Below the pieces are notes generated by a model. It was not told the DNA's origin and made no database searches. It worked only from the letters and a program-made list of their open reading frames with translations. DNA of 64,000 nt, taken from Candidatus Poribacteria bacterium. Its GTDB lineage: Bacteria > Poribacteria > WGA-4E > WGA-3G. The position numbers and the translations under genes are program-made. The stretch is taken from NCBI GenBank assembly GCA_965198235.1, contig OZ240248.1, positions 1,888,001-1,952,000 of the forward strand, in the 5' to 3' direction. This document shows, piece by piece, positions 40,474-50,701 of this stretch; the first letter of the stretch is position 1, and every line of letters starts with the position of its first letter.

Positions 40474-41151
40474 TAACAGTTAAGGTTCTTAACTTCCTAA
40501 GCGCAAGCATGCTTTAAGGGTGCAATTCGCAGCTTTCCCCTGATGAAACAGTGTAAACCCCGAAAAAAGCGTATTTTGAGGAAAAACGAGTCACTGGTTG
40601 TAAGGCAATGTGTGCAACGCCAGTTTTGATATGGAAAACCAAGTGGCACCTTTAGGTCGAAACCACCTTCTAAGACGTATCTCGAAGCAACTATACAAGA
40701 AACACTCCCACGGGCAACGTTGCACCTACTCTATCGCTATCCCTGTATACCCTGCATTTTGCTTTGTTGCATATCTCAACGGCAATTTCTCATGCGTTTG
40801 GTTGGAGTGTCATGCCAGATTAACCGACTTTGTGGTAAAACCCTGTTTTTGTGCCCCGGTTCTGTTACGCGATTTATTAAACGACAGAGTAGAGAAACCC
40901 GGTAGATGTGGTTTTCAATCGCGAACCGAAAGTGATAGAAACTAACTTCAGTAAATTATTCTATAGAATTTGCCCCGATTCCATTTTAACCTCTTCTTTG
41001 TATCCTCTTTTAGCGACTGCTTTCAAATTGGGAACCCATTTTTAAGAGAACGCGTATTTGAGTGGAGGCAAAGAATTCGCTGGGTGGTTAGATGAACGCC
41101 ATGGTGGAACGATTACCTTGGAACCGGGCACAATGAGGAGTATTAGAAACT

Positions 41152-42480
41152 ATGGAGAGCTTGGACATTGGCAAGCTCCAAGAAATGGAGTTCTCGGAAC
41201 TCAAAGACTTCGCCCTGACTCTCGGAGTGACCGAATACAACGGGTCTCGGAAAGAGGAATTGATTAACGAAATTATAGAGGCTAAATCTGAGGGTGATGC
41301 CCAATTTTACGGGGGTGGAGTCTTGGAAATCCTTGATGACCGAGACCAGCACTACGGTTTTCTCCGCTCATCGCGCTCCAATTATTTGCAGAGTAACGAG
41401 GATATTTATGTGTCCTCATCGCAAATTCGGCGTTTCGATTTACAAACCGGACACGTCGTTGAAGGGGTAATTCGACCCCCCAAGAAGACGGAAAACAAAG
41501 CAGAGCGCTACTTCGCAATGCTACAAATTGAGAAGGTTAACGGAGAAACACCTGAAGCCGTCAAACAGAAAATCCTTTTCAATAACCTCACCCCTATCCA
41601 CCCGTACGAAAAATTGAAACTCGAACATAGTCAGTCAGAGTACGGGACTCGCATCGTGGATCTAATAGCACCGATCGGGAAGGGACAACGCGGTTTGATT
41701 GTCGCTCCACCTTACAGTGGTAAGACCACGCTGTTGAAGAATATTGCCGCCGGCATTGAAGCTAACCATCCAGAGGTCATTCTCATCTTTTTACTCATTG
41801 ATGAACGTCCCGAGGAAGTTACAGATGTCGCTCGTTCTGTCAAAGGAGAAGTCATTAGTTCTACTTTTGATGAACATCCAGAACGGCACATCCAGGTCGC
41901 AGAGATGGCGATTGGAAAGGCGAAACGGTGGGCGGAGTACGGAAAAGATGTCGTCGTTCTCTTAGATAGCATGACCCGACTGGCACGTGCGCACAATGTC
42001 ATGACACCCCACAGTGGAAAAACGTTGTCCGGTGGCTTAGATGCCATGGCATTTGTGAAGCCGCGTCAATTCTGCGGCGCAGCTCGGAAATTTGAAGAGG
42101 GCGGAAGTCTAACGGTTATTGCATCCGTACTCGTCGATACGGAAAGCCGACAAGATGAATACATCTATGAAGAATTCAAAGGCACTGCCAACATGGAAAT
42201 CCACATGGAGCGTTCTTTGTTAGATCTCCGCATCTATCCACCGATTAACATCGAAAAGTCGAAAACACGCCGTGAGGAACTCTTATTGGCACCAGATGTT
42301 CTTAACAAAGTCTGGGTGCTGCGGAAATTCACGAGCCAGATGGACGACGCGGAATCGCTGGAAATGCTCATTGAACAATTCGGCAAAACGGGTACAAACG
42401 CAGAATTCCTCGAACGGATGGTAGACAATGCGACTTACAGTAATGCGTCAGTAAGAACCAACGCTCGTCTGAAGCGATGA
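41152..42480 (+). CDS. rho: Transcription termination factor Rho
   Basis: YGFLR, DIYVS.SQIRRF.L, PIGKGQRGLIVAPP..GKT, LIDERPEEVTD, EEFKGT.NME. Confidence 0.98.
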   Translation: MESLDIGKLQEMEFSELKDFALTLGVTEYNGSRKEELINEIIEAKSEGDAQFYGGGVLEILDDRDQHYGFLRSSRSNYLQSNEDIYVSSSQIRRFDLQTGHVVEGVIRPPKKTENKAERYFAMLQIEKVNGETPEAVKQKILFNNLTPIHPYEKLKLEHSQSEYGTRIVDLIAPIGKGQRGLIVAPPYSGKTTLLKNIAAGIEANHPEVILIFLLIDERPEEVTDVARSVKGEVISSTFDEHPERHIQVAEMAIGKAKRWAEYGKDVVVLLDSMTRLARAHNVMTPHSGKTLSGGLDAMAFVKPRQFCGAARKFEEGGSLTVIASVLVDTESRQDEYIYEEFKGTANMEIHMERSLLDLRIYPPINIEKSKTRREELLLAPDVLNKVWVLRKFTSQMDDAESLEMLIEQFGKTGTNAEFLERMVDNATYSNASVRTNARLKR

Positions 42481-42862
42481 GCGTGAATTCCTACACGTCT
42501 ACTCTTCCGCGTCTCAAAAGCGCGGCTCGGCTATAGGAATGTTGGAGCATTTCCTATAGCCATCAAAATCTGGAGAATAAGAGATTTATCTGTGGAAAAG
42601 CGATAAAAAGCAGATAAATCTGGGCGAAGTGTTGATGTGAGTAAAATTGTAAACCCTGGCTTTGCTAAAGAACCACACAACCCGCGCCACCCGCGACGTT
42701 GAAGCGGTATAGAAACATCCGATAATTCGCAGCATAGAAGTTAACAGGCGTTAGCATTTAGGTACTAACTTTGTAGGTTCCACCAATCTATTGGTGATTG
42801 CAAACCGAGATTTCTATAAAACAAATCAGTAGAAATACTCAGGTTCAAAGGAACAGAACTTG

Positions 42863-43078
42863 ATGAAAACCGAAATACATCCGGAAATGGTAGAATGTGT
42901 TATTACATGCGTTTGCGGTGCAACCCATAAAACGCTCGCTATTCAACCAGCGATGCGGGTAGATATTTGTGGAAAATGCCACCCATTCTACACTGGACAA
43001 CAAGCTCGATTTATCGACACTGCCGGACGCGTTGAAAGTTTCCGCCGACGTTATGGACTCACCGAAGACGATAATTAG
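42863..43078 (+). CDS. rpmE: 50S ribosomal protein L31 (zinc-binding type)
   Basis: MK.EIHP, C.CG, C..CHPFYTG.Q, DTAGRVE.F..RYG. Confidence 0.97.
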   Translation: MKTEIHPEMVECVITCVCGATHKTLAIQPAMRVDICGKCHPFYTGQQARFIDTAGRVESFRRRYGLTEDDN

Positions 43079-43284
43079 AAATATTGTTTCGCGGGTAAGT
43101 TTATTGGTCGGTGTTCCAAGAAGAGAGACCATGCCTTAACAATAGTAGGCACGGGAAATGCCTGATGCTTACGGAACAGTAATCAAGCAGGACAGAAACC
43201 TACCCTACGTCCGAAAGTATAGGCGGGTCTTTCTTAGCTTTTAACAGTTAACCGCAAGTTTTGACTTGCAAGCGGTGACAAAAC

Positions 43285-44352
43285 ATGTTTGAGAAACTCA
43301 AGGATATTGAAAACAAATACGCTGAAGTCGAAAGGTCACTCGGAGACCCAGCGCAAATTTCAAATCAACAACGATTAATGGAGTTATCTAAAACTCACGC
43401 CGAGCTCTCGCCAATTGTGTCCACTTATCAGGAGTACCAGCAGTTAGAATCAGCACTTGAAGAGACGCTTCTCCTCATAGAATCGGAAACGGATGCGGAA
43501 ATGCTCGGATTAGTGCAAGAAGAGTGCGATGCTCTCGCTGCGAAAAAAGAAAAACTGACTGAGGAGCTTAAGGTTCTCCTCGTTCCAAAAGATCCGAACG
43601 ATGCAAAGAACGTCATCATCGAAATTCGGGCAGGGACGGGTGGTGAAGAAGCCAGTCTTTTCGCAGCCGAATTGTTTCGAATGTACACCCGCTATGCTGA
43701 ACGTCGGAACTGGAGACTGGAACTACTCAGTTCAAATGCAACTGGCTTAAAAGGATTTAAAGAGGTTGTCTTCTCAATTGAAGGGCAGAACGCATACAGT
43801 CAACTGAAATTTGAGGGCGGTATACATCGTGTGCAGCGAATTCCGGCAACCGAGGCAAGTGGACGCATTCATACATCTGCCGCCACGGTAGCCGTTCTCC
43901 CTGAAGCAGAAGCACTCGATTTGGCGATTGATGAGGCAACCGAATTACGTATTGATACCTACCGATCTTCAGGTCCCGGCGGACAAAGTGTTAACACAAC
44001 CGACTCCGCTATTCGTATTACTTACCTGCCAACGGGTCTGGTTGTGACATGCCAAGACGAAAAATCTCAACATAAAAATCGTTCCAAGGCGATGAAGATT
44101 CTCCGTGCCCGCCTCCAAGAACAAAAACAATCTGAACTTAACAATGAAAGAGCCGAAACCCGCAGATCTATGGTTGGCAGTGGCGACAGAAGCCAGAAAA
44201 TTCGCACCTATAACTTCCCACAATCTCGTGTAACTGACCACCGGATCCAATTCAGTTCCTATCAACTTGACACCGTTTTAGATGGTGCCCTACAAATGTT
44301 TATTGAACGGCTAACAACTGCCGATCAAGCGGAGAGGTTGAAAGAGGCTTAA
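43285..44352 (+). CDS. prfA: Peptide chain release factor 1
   Basis: EIRAGTGGEEA, HRVQRIPATE, GGQ, IRTYNFPQ.RVTDHRI. Confidence 0.97.
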   Translation: MFEKLKDIENKYAEVERSLGDPAQISNQQRLMELSKTHAELSPIVSTYQEYQQLESALEETLLLIESETDAEMLGLVQEECDALAAKKEKLTEELKVLLVPKDPNDAKNVIIEIRAGTGGEEASLFAAELFRMYTRYAERRNWRLELLSSNATGLKGFKEVVFSIEGQNAYSQLKFEGGIHRVQRIPATEASGRIHTSAATVAVLPEAEALDLAIDEATELRIDTYRSSGPGGQSVNTTDSAIRITYLPTGLVVTCQDEKSQHKNRSKAMKILRARLQEQKQSELNNERAETRRSMVGSGDRSQKIRTYNFPQSRVTDHRIQFSSYQLDTVLDGALQMFIERLTTADQAERLKEA

Positions 44353-44379
44353 AGCCTTCCAGTTAAGGAACACGGAACT

Positions 44380-45258
44380 ATGCCGGATAAAATGTGGCGC
44401 GTAATGGATCTACTCGATTGGACAGTGGGGTACTTTCAACAGCACGGCATCCCGAATCCGAGATTAGATGCTGAGGTATTGCTTGGACACCTGCTCGAAA
44501 AAAGCCGCCTGCAGCTCTATCTCCACTTTGAAATGCCTGTCTTTCAAGAACACCTCACACCGTTCCGAGAACTGATAAAAAAGAGAATCGCGCACACACC
44601 TGTTAGTTACCTAACGAATCGCAAGGAGTTTATGTCCTTGGATTTCTATGTGGATGAACGAGTCCTCATTCCGCGCCCAGAGACAGAACAACTCGTTGAA
44701 ACTATTCTCGCAACAAAAACCGGAGATTTCCAGCGTTTACTGGAACTCGGTACAGGGAGTGGTGTGATTGTTACGAGTCTTGCGGTGCAACAACCGGAAT
44801 GGGAGATCGTTGCAACAGACATCTCTGAACCTGCCCTCGCTGTTGCTCGGAAGAACGCTGAAACACACGCGTGCGCAGCGCAAATTGAGTTTTTGTCTGG
44901 AGATCTGTTTGAGCCGATAGAAGCAATAAACACGAATGGGGACACACGATTTGATTGGATTGTTTGCAATCCACCCTATATCAAAAATACAGAGCGTGAT
45001 ACTTTGAGTCCGGATGTCCGCGACTATGAACCGGAGATTGCTCTCTTTGCTGGAGATGACGGTCTTTCCGTTATTCGTCGATTAATTGCTGAGGCACCTA
45101 AATACCTCGCACCCACTGGAAAACTTATCCTTGAAATCGGGGCAACACAAGCCGACACCGTTCGAGCTCTTCTTGACGCTGAATCTGCGTACGCCACGTA
45201 TGAACTGCTCAAGGACTATGCAGAGAAGGAACGGGTTGTTCTGGCAGGGGTCTCATAG
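44380..45258 (+). CDS. prmC: Release factor glutamine methyltransferase
   Basis: VLIPRPETE, ELGTGSG, NPPY, EP..ALF.G.DGL; follows prfA. Confidence 0.96.
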   Translation: MPDKMWRVMDLLDWTVGYFQQHGIPNPRLDAEVLLGHLLEKSRLQLYLHFEMPVFQEHLTPFRELIKKRIAHTPVSYLTNRKEFMSLDFYVDERVLIPRPETEQLVETILATKTGDFQRLLELGTGSGVIVTSLAVQQPEWEIVATDISEPALAVARKNAETHACAAQIEFLSGDLFEPIEAINTNGDTRFDWIVCNPPYIKNTERDTLSPDVRDYEPEIALFAGDDGLSVIRRLIAEAPKYLAPTGKLILEIGATQADTVRALLDAESAYATYELLKDYAEKERVVLAGVS

Positions 45259-45619
45259 AGACGCATTTTAGTTTTTATACTGCAGTCATGATCGTCCGAT
45301 CGTGACTTTCCAATGTAAATTAAAAACTGAATTTTGGCTGACTGTCCGCGCTTTTATGACGCTACTGGCGCGTTTTTTGGGTGCGACTCAGGCAATTATC
45401 CATAAATTTTGAAAAAATTTGTTTTTTTCTTGGCATATTTTGTGAAAATATTATATAATAAATTAACCTTTCTCTCATGGGTCTTTTAGGGAACGTTGGT
45501 AGCGCGTTAATTCTCCACGGCGTGCCACTCTTTTCGTTTTTGAAACGTAATAGGATTTGTTGACGTTACATTGCATAGCCTGCTGAAAAGAATCCTTATA
45601 GGCGAAGGAGCAGATTTGA

Positions 45620-46234
45620 ATGGCGCGCCAAATATCTAATGATTTATCTGCTGTCGAAGATACCTATCTCGCGACGCAAGCGAAAGCAGGCAATGAAGCC
45701 GCATTTAGGCAATTGTTCGACAAGCATTATAAGTGGGTTTATAACAAAGCCTACCGGATGCTTGGAAATTATCAAGATGCTGAGGAGGTTGCCTCCGATG
45801 TGTTCGTTAAAGTTTGGCAGAAGCTGGGCAAATGGGACACAGAGCAGGGTAGTTTTCAAGCATGGTTAAATACGGTAGCTCGAAATACTATTATCGATGC
45901 AATACGGAAGCGGGACAGGATTCGGGAACACCCTCTCAGTGGTTCGCCTGATGAGGATGAACAACCGCTGAGTAAATACGAAGACCCGCGCCCGGGTCCC
46001 GAGCAAGAATTAGAAGCCGCAGAAGCGCAACAGATTTTGGAGAGTGCCCTTGAACAGGTAACGAAACCAAATCATCGGATTGCGTGGATGTTGCGGCACT
46101 TAGAAGGCTATAGTATTGCAGAGATTGCCCGCATCCTCAACCGCAAGGATGGCACTGTGAAAATCTGGATTTTTCGGTGCACCGAGGAATTGCGGAAGAT
46201 TCTGATTGCCAAAGGCATTCAGTGGATATATTAA
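45620..46234 (+). CDS. ECF-type RNA polymerase sigma factor
   Basis: AF..L...H, DAEEV..DVF.K.W, F..WL..VARN..ID..RK, EG.S..EIA.IL....GTVK. Confidence 0.92.
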   Translation: MARQISNDLSAVEDTYLATQAKAGNEAAFRQLFDKHYKWVYNKAYRMLGNYQDAEEVASDVFVKVWQKLGKWDTEQGSFQAWLNTVARNTIIDAIRKRDRIREHPLSGSPDEDEQPLSKYEDPRPGPEQELEAAEAQQILESALEQVTKPNHRIAWMLRHLEGYSIAEIARILNRKDGTVKIWIFRCTEELRKILIAKGIQWIY

Positions 46235-46250
46235 TTTGGAGGATTAACTT

Positions 46251-46913
46251 ATGCGCTTCTGGAAGAAATGGCGGAGGGCCGGCATCTCGGCAGACGACTT
46301 GAGAAAGGCGGAGATGTTGGAAGCTTATACGTGCTGGCTGAAAAATGCGAAGTTATCACGTAAGCAGAAACGTCTTCTAAAGGAAATTCACAACTTTCCG
46401 GAACTTCAGTCATTGAAACAATTAATAGACTTCTCACACTACCGATTTGAAGAGAGAGAGAACATTGTGCCGCCGCCTGGTGCCGAGCAGCGCGCTCGCG
46501 AACGTGTGATGGCGGAAATTCGGGGCGAAGCAGTAGAAACCGATACTATGGATGTAGACGGACAGGAACTGCAACCCGGTTATAGCCCACAGGGTATGGG
46601 CAGTGAAACTACCGAAATCATGCAGGTCGATGCGTCTTTACCCGATGCCGATGCACTACAGAAGTGGGATACTGAACAACAAACACCTGAATCCCCAGAG
46701 ATGTTGAAGCGTTACAACGCAATCCGGACGCTTTCTCGTTTACACGTCCGATTTGAGCAGAAGGATGACGATGTCTACGTCACGGATTTGGGTAGTTCTG
46801 ATACGACTTATCTTGATAACGCACGTGTTGAAGCATCGACCCTCATTCAAGACGGTTCTACGCTAAAATGTGGAAAAGTTAGTTTCAAAGTCGTCGATAT
46901 TGAACGGTCATAA
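46251..46913 (+). CDS. Putative cytoplasmic anti-sigma partner with degenerate C-terminal FHA domain
   Basis: Directly after the ECF gene; LSRLH.RF......YVTDLGSS..TY.......L..DG..L..G pattern. Confidence 0.6.
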   Translation: MRFWKKWRRAGISADDLRKAEMLEAYTCWLKNAKLSRKQKRLLKEIHNFPELQSLKQLIDFSHYRFEERENIVPPPGAEQRARERVMAEIRGEAVETDTMDVDGQELQPGYSPQGMGSETTEIMQVDASLPDADALQKWDTEQQTPESPEMLKRYNAIRTLSRLHVRFEQKDDDVYVTDLGSSDTTYLDNARVEASTLIQDGSTLKCGKVSFKVVDIERS

Positions 46914-46977
46914 TTATACACGGAGAAGGATTGCGTTGTGCATTGAGGGGTAAACCCTTAATGCACCACCGTTCCTT

Positions 46978-48048
46978 ATGAAGGCTGTGCACCTTGGGCA
47001 TACCAATTCATTGGCATTATCACATTTTCAACAAGCAACGCTCAGTTATGGACAGGCGTGCTATGTTGAAGCTATCCAACACTATCTCGCTGGCTTGAAA
47101 TTGGGCGCGGCACAGCATCACTATATCTATGCCGACCTCGCGAAAGCCTATGAGATGGTTGGAGAGTGGGATACAGCATTGGCGTGTTTAGACATTGCCC
47201 TTCGATTATGTCCTGATTCGCCAACAGCTCTTAGGCGCAAAGCGCGCATTCTTGATGAGAAAGCGTGTTACAATACTCTTATCTCTTTCGATGACTTTCA
47301 GGAACCACCTCCCGTCCAATTCCTTGAACAGTTACACGTGAGACCTACGAAGTTCCCTAAACAGGTTGTCCATTCGGAATTTTTCGATCTCACTTGTCAT
47401 CCTGAAATGAATTCCCAGACAGTCTGGAACATCTGTCGACTGATTTATCGAACTTACTCGGAATTGGGTGAAATGTTAGGGGACTATCCCGCTTCACCGG
47501 TTTCTATATCGATTGCAAATACAAACGGGCGGGCTGTCTCTCAACGTTCGATGCCGAGATGGGCGAGTGGATGCTACGATGGTGGCATCCGTCTGGCATA
47601 CTGCGCAGCGGGTGAGCCAGTGCTAAGCATTTTATATGCCCTGCTACGGCATGAATGGGTACATCTGTTGATTCATCATTTAGCACGCGGACATTGTCCT
47701 GTATGGCTTGACGAAGGAATCGCACAAAGCATTGCCCGCCCTATGTTCCAGTCCGAACGCCTTGACTTGCAGCAGGCGGTTCAGATGGAATGTTTACTCC
47801 CTTTTGCTGTCCTGAACAAACCGTTTAAACAACTCCCCGCAAAATATCGGAAATTGGCGTATATCCAATCCACTGCAGTAGCAGAATTTCTCATCCAGCA
47901 ATTCGGTTTCCCCAAAATTCGCAAGTTGCTTCACCAATTAGGCAACGGCACTCCGATAGAGATTGCAATTGAACAGGTATTTGGGTGCAGTTTGACGGAA
48001 ATTCCTTTTCTTCAAGAGAGCGAACAGATGCCCAACCCAGTTTTTTAA
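46978..48048 (+). CDS. TPR + peptidase MA-like zinc metalloprotease
   Basis: N-terminal TPRs; HEWVH (HExxH) and P.WLDEGIA. Confidence 0.8.
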   Translation: MKAVHLGHTNSLALSHFQQATLSYGQACYVEAIQHYLAGLKLGAAQHHYIYADLAKAYEMVGEWDTALACLDIALRLCPDSPTALRRKARILDEKACYNTLISFDDFQEPPPVQFLEQLHVRPTKFPKQVVHSEFFDLTCHPEMNSQTVWNICRLIYRTYSELGEMLGDYPASPVSISIANTNGRAVSQRSMPRWASGCYDGGIRLAYCAAGEPVLSILYALLRHEWVHLLIHHLARGHCPVWLDEGIAQSIARPMFQSERLDLQQAVQMECLLPFAVLNKPFKQLPAKYRKLAYIQSTAVAEFLIQQFGFPKIRKLLHQLGNGTPIEIAIEQVFGCSLTEIPFLQESEQMPNPVF

Positions 48049-48257
48049 TTATACCTTGCGGTTCGGTCAGGACAGTTGAGAGTTGACGTTCCCCTCTGTA
48101 TATCTGAAGAAACACCCAAGCAAAAACCCCTCCGTTACGTTATGGGCTAAGGTTTTGGTTTAATGTTTCCAAAAAAAAGAAACGTTGAGACTTAACCAGA
48201 AACCTGCGCGTAACGAAGTGGAGCGCAGCCCAGAGTCCCAGAAATTAAAAATCAAAA

Positions 48258-48752
48258 ATGACGAAACTCGATATTGGTATTCTCATTCTTGTTGGATTGG
48301 CTGGTGTAAGTTGCTACCGTGCGGGTTTCACCCGAAGTGTATGGGGTATATTCGTAATCGGCATCGGATTCTTTACTGCTTGTCAATTTTGGGGTCAACT
48401 TGCGATAGTTGTCCAAAAATTGGTAGCAAATCCCAGTTGGGCGAAATGGCTGAGCATTGTTGCTATTGTGCTGGTCGTCTCTATTCTTGTTGACTCGCTT
48501 TTTGAGCGTATTCAGCGGATTCTTGAAAGAGGGGTTTTGGGCTGGGTAAACCATCTACTTGGACTTGGCTTTGGTATTGCTTCTGGTGGGCTTGTTATAG
48601 CCTTCGCGCTCATCCTTCTCAACGCACATGGCGGCGATGGCTTCAAAAACGAGATTGCAAATTCTCGATTTGCTCCATACCTCACAGATATCGGAAATCG
48701 CGTTTGGGCAGTTAGCAAGGAGCATGTGCAAAAGCAACTTAATACCGAATGA
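48258..48752 (+). CDS. cvpA: CvpA (colicin V production) family membrane protein
   Basis: LDI.I, GF.RS, LG..N..LG..FG, S..AP pattern. Confidence 0.8.
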   Translation: MTKLDIGILILVGLAGVSCYRAGFTRSVWGIFVIGIGFFTACQFWGQLAIVVQKLVANPSWAKWLSIVAIVLVVSILVDSLFERIQRILERGVLGWVNHLLGLGFGIASGGLVIAFALILLNAHGGDGFKNEIANSRFAPYLTDIGNRVWAVSKEHVQKQLNTE

Positions 48753-49696
48753 AAACCTTTCTCTCCGTTTTAGGGCAATATAGGCGTGTAGGTTGTGCCT
48801 TACACCTCGTTTTCTTATGTGCACTTCCGTTACCAGCTGCAGCTGTTGAGTCCACTTTTGCAGATTCACTCTTTCAAGAAGGTGATTATCTCAACGCCGC
48901 TCACGAGTATAAGCGACTCCTCTTTTTACACCCCAATACCTCTCGAATTGATTTCATAGCGTTTCGTGTTGCTGCATCCTACCAGAATGCAGGCAAATTG
49001 GAGAACGCGATCCGCGCCTACCAACTTCTGATTGATACCTATCCGAAAAGTATTCTTGTCGAGCGAGCGAAAAACAATATTGCGCAGTGTCATGTTCTGT
49101 CGGGCGATAGCGAGAAGGGACTTGCATCACTCAAACGGTTTCTTTCGGAACATAAGGAGAGTAGCTTAGCACCACGCGTGCACTTTACAATTGGAATGCT
49201 CCATGTGGATAAGGGAGAATGGGCACAAGCAAGCAGCGCGTGGAACGTGGTCTATTTAACCTACCCGGAGAGTCCTTTTGCTAAAGTGAGCGATAGATTG
49301 GCGCGGACGATAAAAAACGCTAACGCGCTTCCGCACCGTTCTCCGACGGTCGCCGGTGTGCTTTCAGCGTTAGTTCCCGGGAGTGGACAGATTTATAGTG
49401 GGAGGACGGCTGACGGACTTTACACCTTTGTTGGTATGGTGGTGTTGGGTAGTGCGAGCCTCTATTATGCTGACCAAGAGCGTTACGAAGTTGCGATACC
49501 TATTGGGATGGTTAGTATGTTTTTCTATGGAAATGGTATCTATCAGAGTATTCAATCGGCGCGAGTTTTCAATGTCCAACGCGAGGCACAATTTCGTAAT
49601 CGACTCCAACAGGAAATTCAAAGTTCGGGGCTATTCGGGGCAATATCGCCCCTAAAAGACAAGATGGAATTAGTAGTGTGGAAGCATAGGTTTTAG
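48749..49696 (+). CDS. TPR protein with C-terminal membrane (TM2-like) domain
   Basis: Signal peptide, TPRs, SP..AG.LS..VPGSGQ.Y.GR. Confidence 0.72.
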   Translation: MKTFLSVLGQYRRVGCALHLVFLCALPLPAAAVESTFADSLFQEGDYLNAAHEYKRLLFLHPNTSRIDFIAFRVAASYQNAGKLENAIRAYQLLIDTYPKSILVERAKNNIAQCHVLSGDSEKGLASLKRFLSEHKESSLAPRVHFTIGMLHVDKGEWAQASSAWNVVYLTYPESPFAKVSDRLARTIKNANALPHRSPTVAGVLSALVPGSGQIYSGRTADGLYTFVGMVVLGSASLYYADQERYEVAIPIGMVSMFFYGNGIYQSIQSARVFNVQREAQFRNRLQQEIQSSGLFGAISPLKDKMELVVWKHRF

Positions 49697-49697
49697 T

Positions 49698-50564
49698 ATG
49701 GCAACTGCAAGTTTTTTAATTTCTCTCATAGTCTTTGCGGCTAGCGGGACTACTGAGGAGACAATCCAGCAATATCGTTACGCAGAGCAACTTTTTGAAT
49801 CGGGCGATTATCAAGCGGCAAGACTGGCATACAAACGTCTCCTTTTCTATCAACCTGACACAGAATTCCGGGATGTAGCGGATTACCGGGTTGCACAGAG
49901 TTATTACTATCAAAACCAACCTGAACGTGCTGAACATCTATTTCGTGAATTTTCAGTCGTTCATCCCAATTCACCTTTTCGGTTTCGGAGTCAGTTGATG
50001 ATTGGGCAGCTCCATTTTGATGCCGGTGTGTATTCACTGGCGCGAACGACGCTCTTTGAACTTCTGCACTCAAGTAAGGATACAGAAGTAGTGGCAGCAG
50101 CGCACTATCTGCGCGGTTGGTGCTACGTTTATACAGACGATTGGAACAGGGCTATTGCGGAATTGCGGCGAGTAGATACTTTCCAAACTGATACACCTCA
50201 CGGAAAAAATGCGCGTCGGTTGGCGGACATGCTTCTTGAAAAAACACCACTCCCACACAAATCGCCGCAAATAGCAGGATGGCTCTCCACAGTCGTTCCC
50301 GGGAGCGGGCAGCTCTATGTAGGAAGAGTCAAAGAAGGTGTCCTTGCAGCAGTCTTGGGTGGGACGTTCATTTATCTTGTAGCAGATGCGATTCGTGAAC
50401 GCCGTTATGTTGACTGTGCTGGTATCTCCTTGATTGGGTGGCAATTTTATTGGGGCAATCGCGTCGATGCCCAACGATTTGCATCCGAATATAACTTGCA
50501 TCGTGAGCGCGAATTGATTGAGACATTGAAAAATCAAGCGGGCGGAGTTTCGCCGTGGCAGTAG
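49698..50564 (+). CDS. TPR protein with C-terminal membrane domain (paralog of upstream gene)
   Basis: Same YKRLLF and LPHKSP..AG.LS.VVPGSGQLY.GR motifs. Confidence 0.72.
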   Translation: MATASFLISLIVFAASGTTEETIQQYRYAEQLFESGDYQAARLAYKRLLFYQPDTEFRDVADYRVAQSYYYQNQPERAEHLFREFSVVHPNSPFRFRSQLMIGQLHFDAGVYSLARTTLFELLHSSKDTEVVAAAHYLRGWCYVYTDDWNRAIAELRRVDTFQTDTPHGKNARRLADMLLEKTPLPHKSPQIAGWLSTVVPGSGQLYVGRVKEGVLAAVLGGTFIYLVADAIRERRYVDCAGISLIGWQFYWGNRVDAQRFASEYNLHRERELIETLKNQAGGVSPWQ

Positions 50565-50576
50565 ATACGATTCCTG

Positions 50577-50701
50577 TTCTGTAGGAGCGAGCTGTGCTCG
50601 CGATTCTTTAGTTTACTTCTGTAGGAGCGAGCTGTGCTCGCGATTCTTTAGTTCACCAGATGACTTCTGTAGGAGCGAGCTGTGCTCGCGATTCTTTAGT
50701 T
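50577..50701. repeat. Three identical 37-bp direct repeats containing GTAG-type REP GTAGGAGCGAGCTGTGCTCGCGA
   Basis: Copies at 50577, 50617 and 50665, between convergent genes. Confidence 0.9.

Noticed and set aside
42481-43284. tRNA or known ncRNA in the rho-rpmE-prfA spacers
   Set aside because: Only isolated hairpins and REP-like palindromes; no cloverleaf or family motif recognised.
50577-50701. Possible CRISPR mini-array (37-bp identical repeats)
   Set aside because: Spacers are only 3 and 11 nt, the repeat is a GTAG-type REP, and no cas genes are present.
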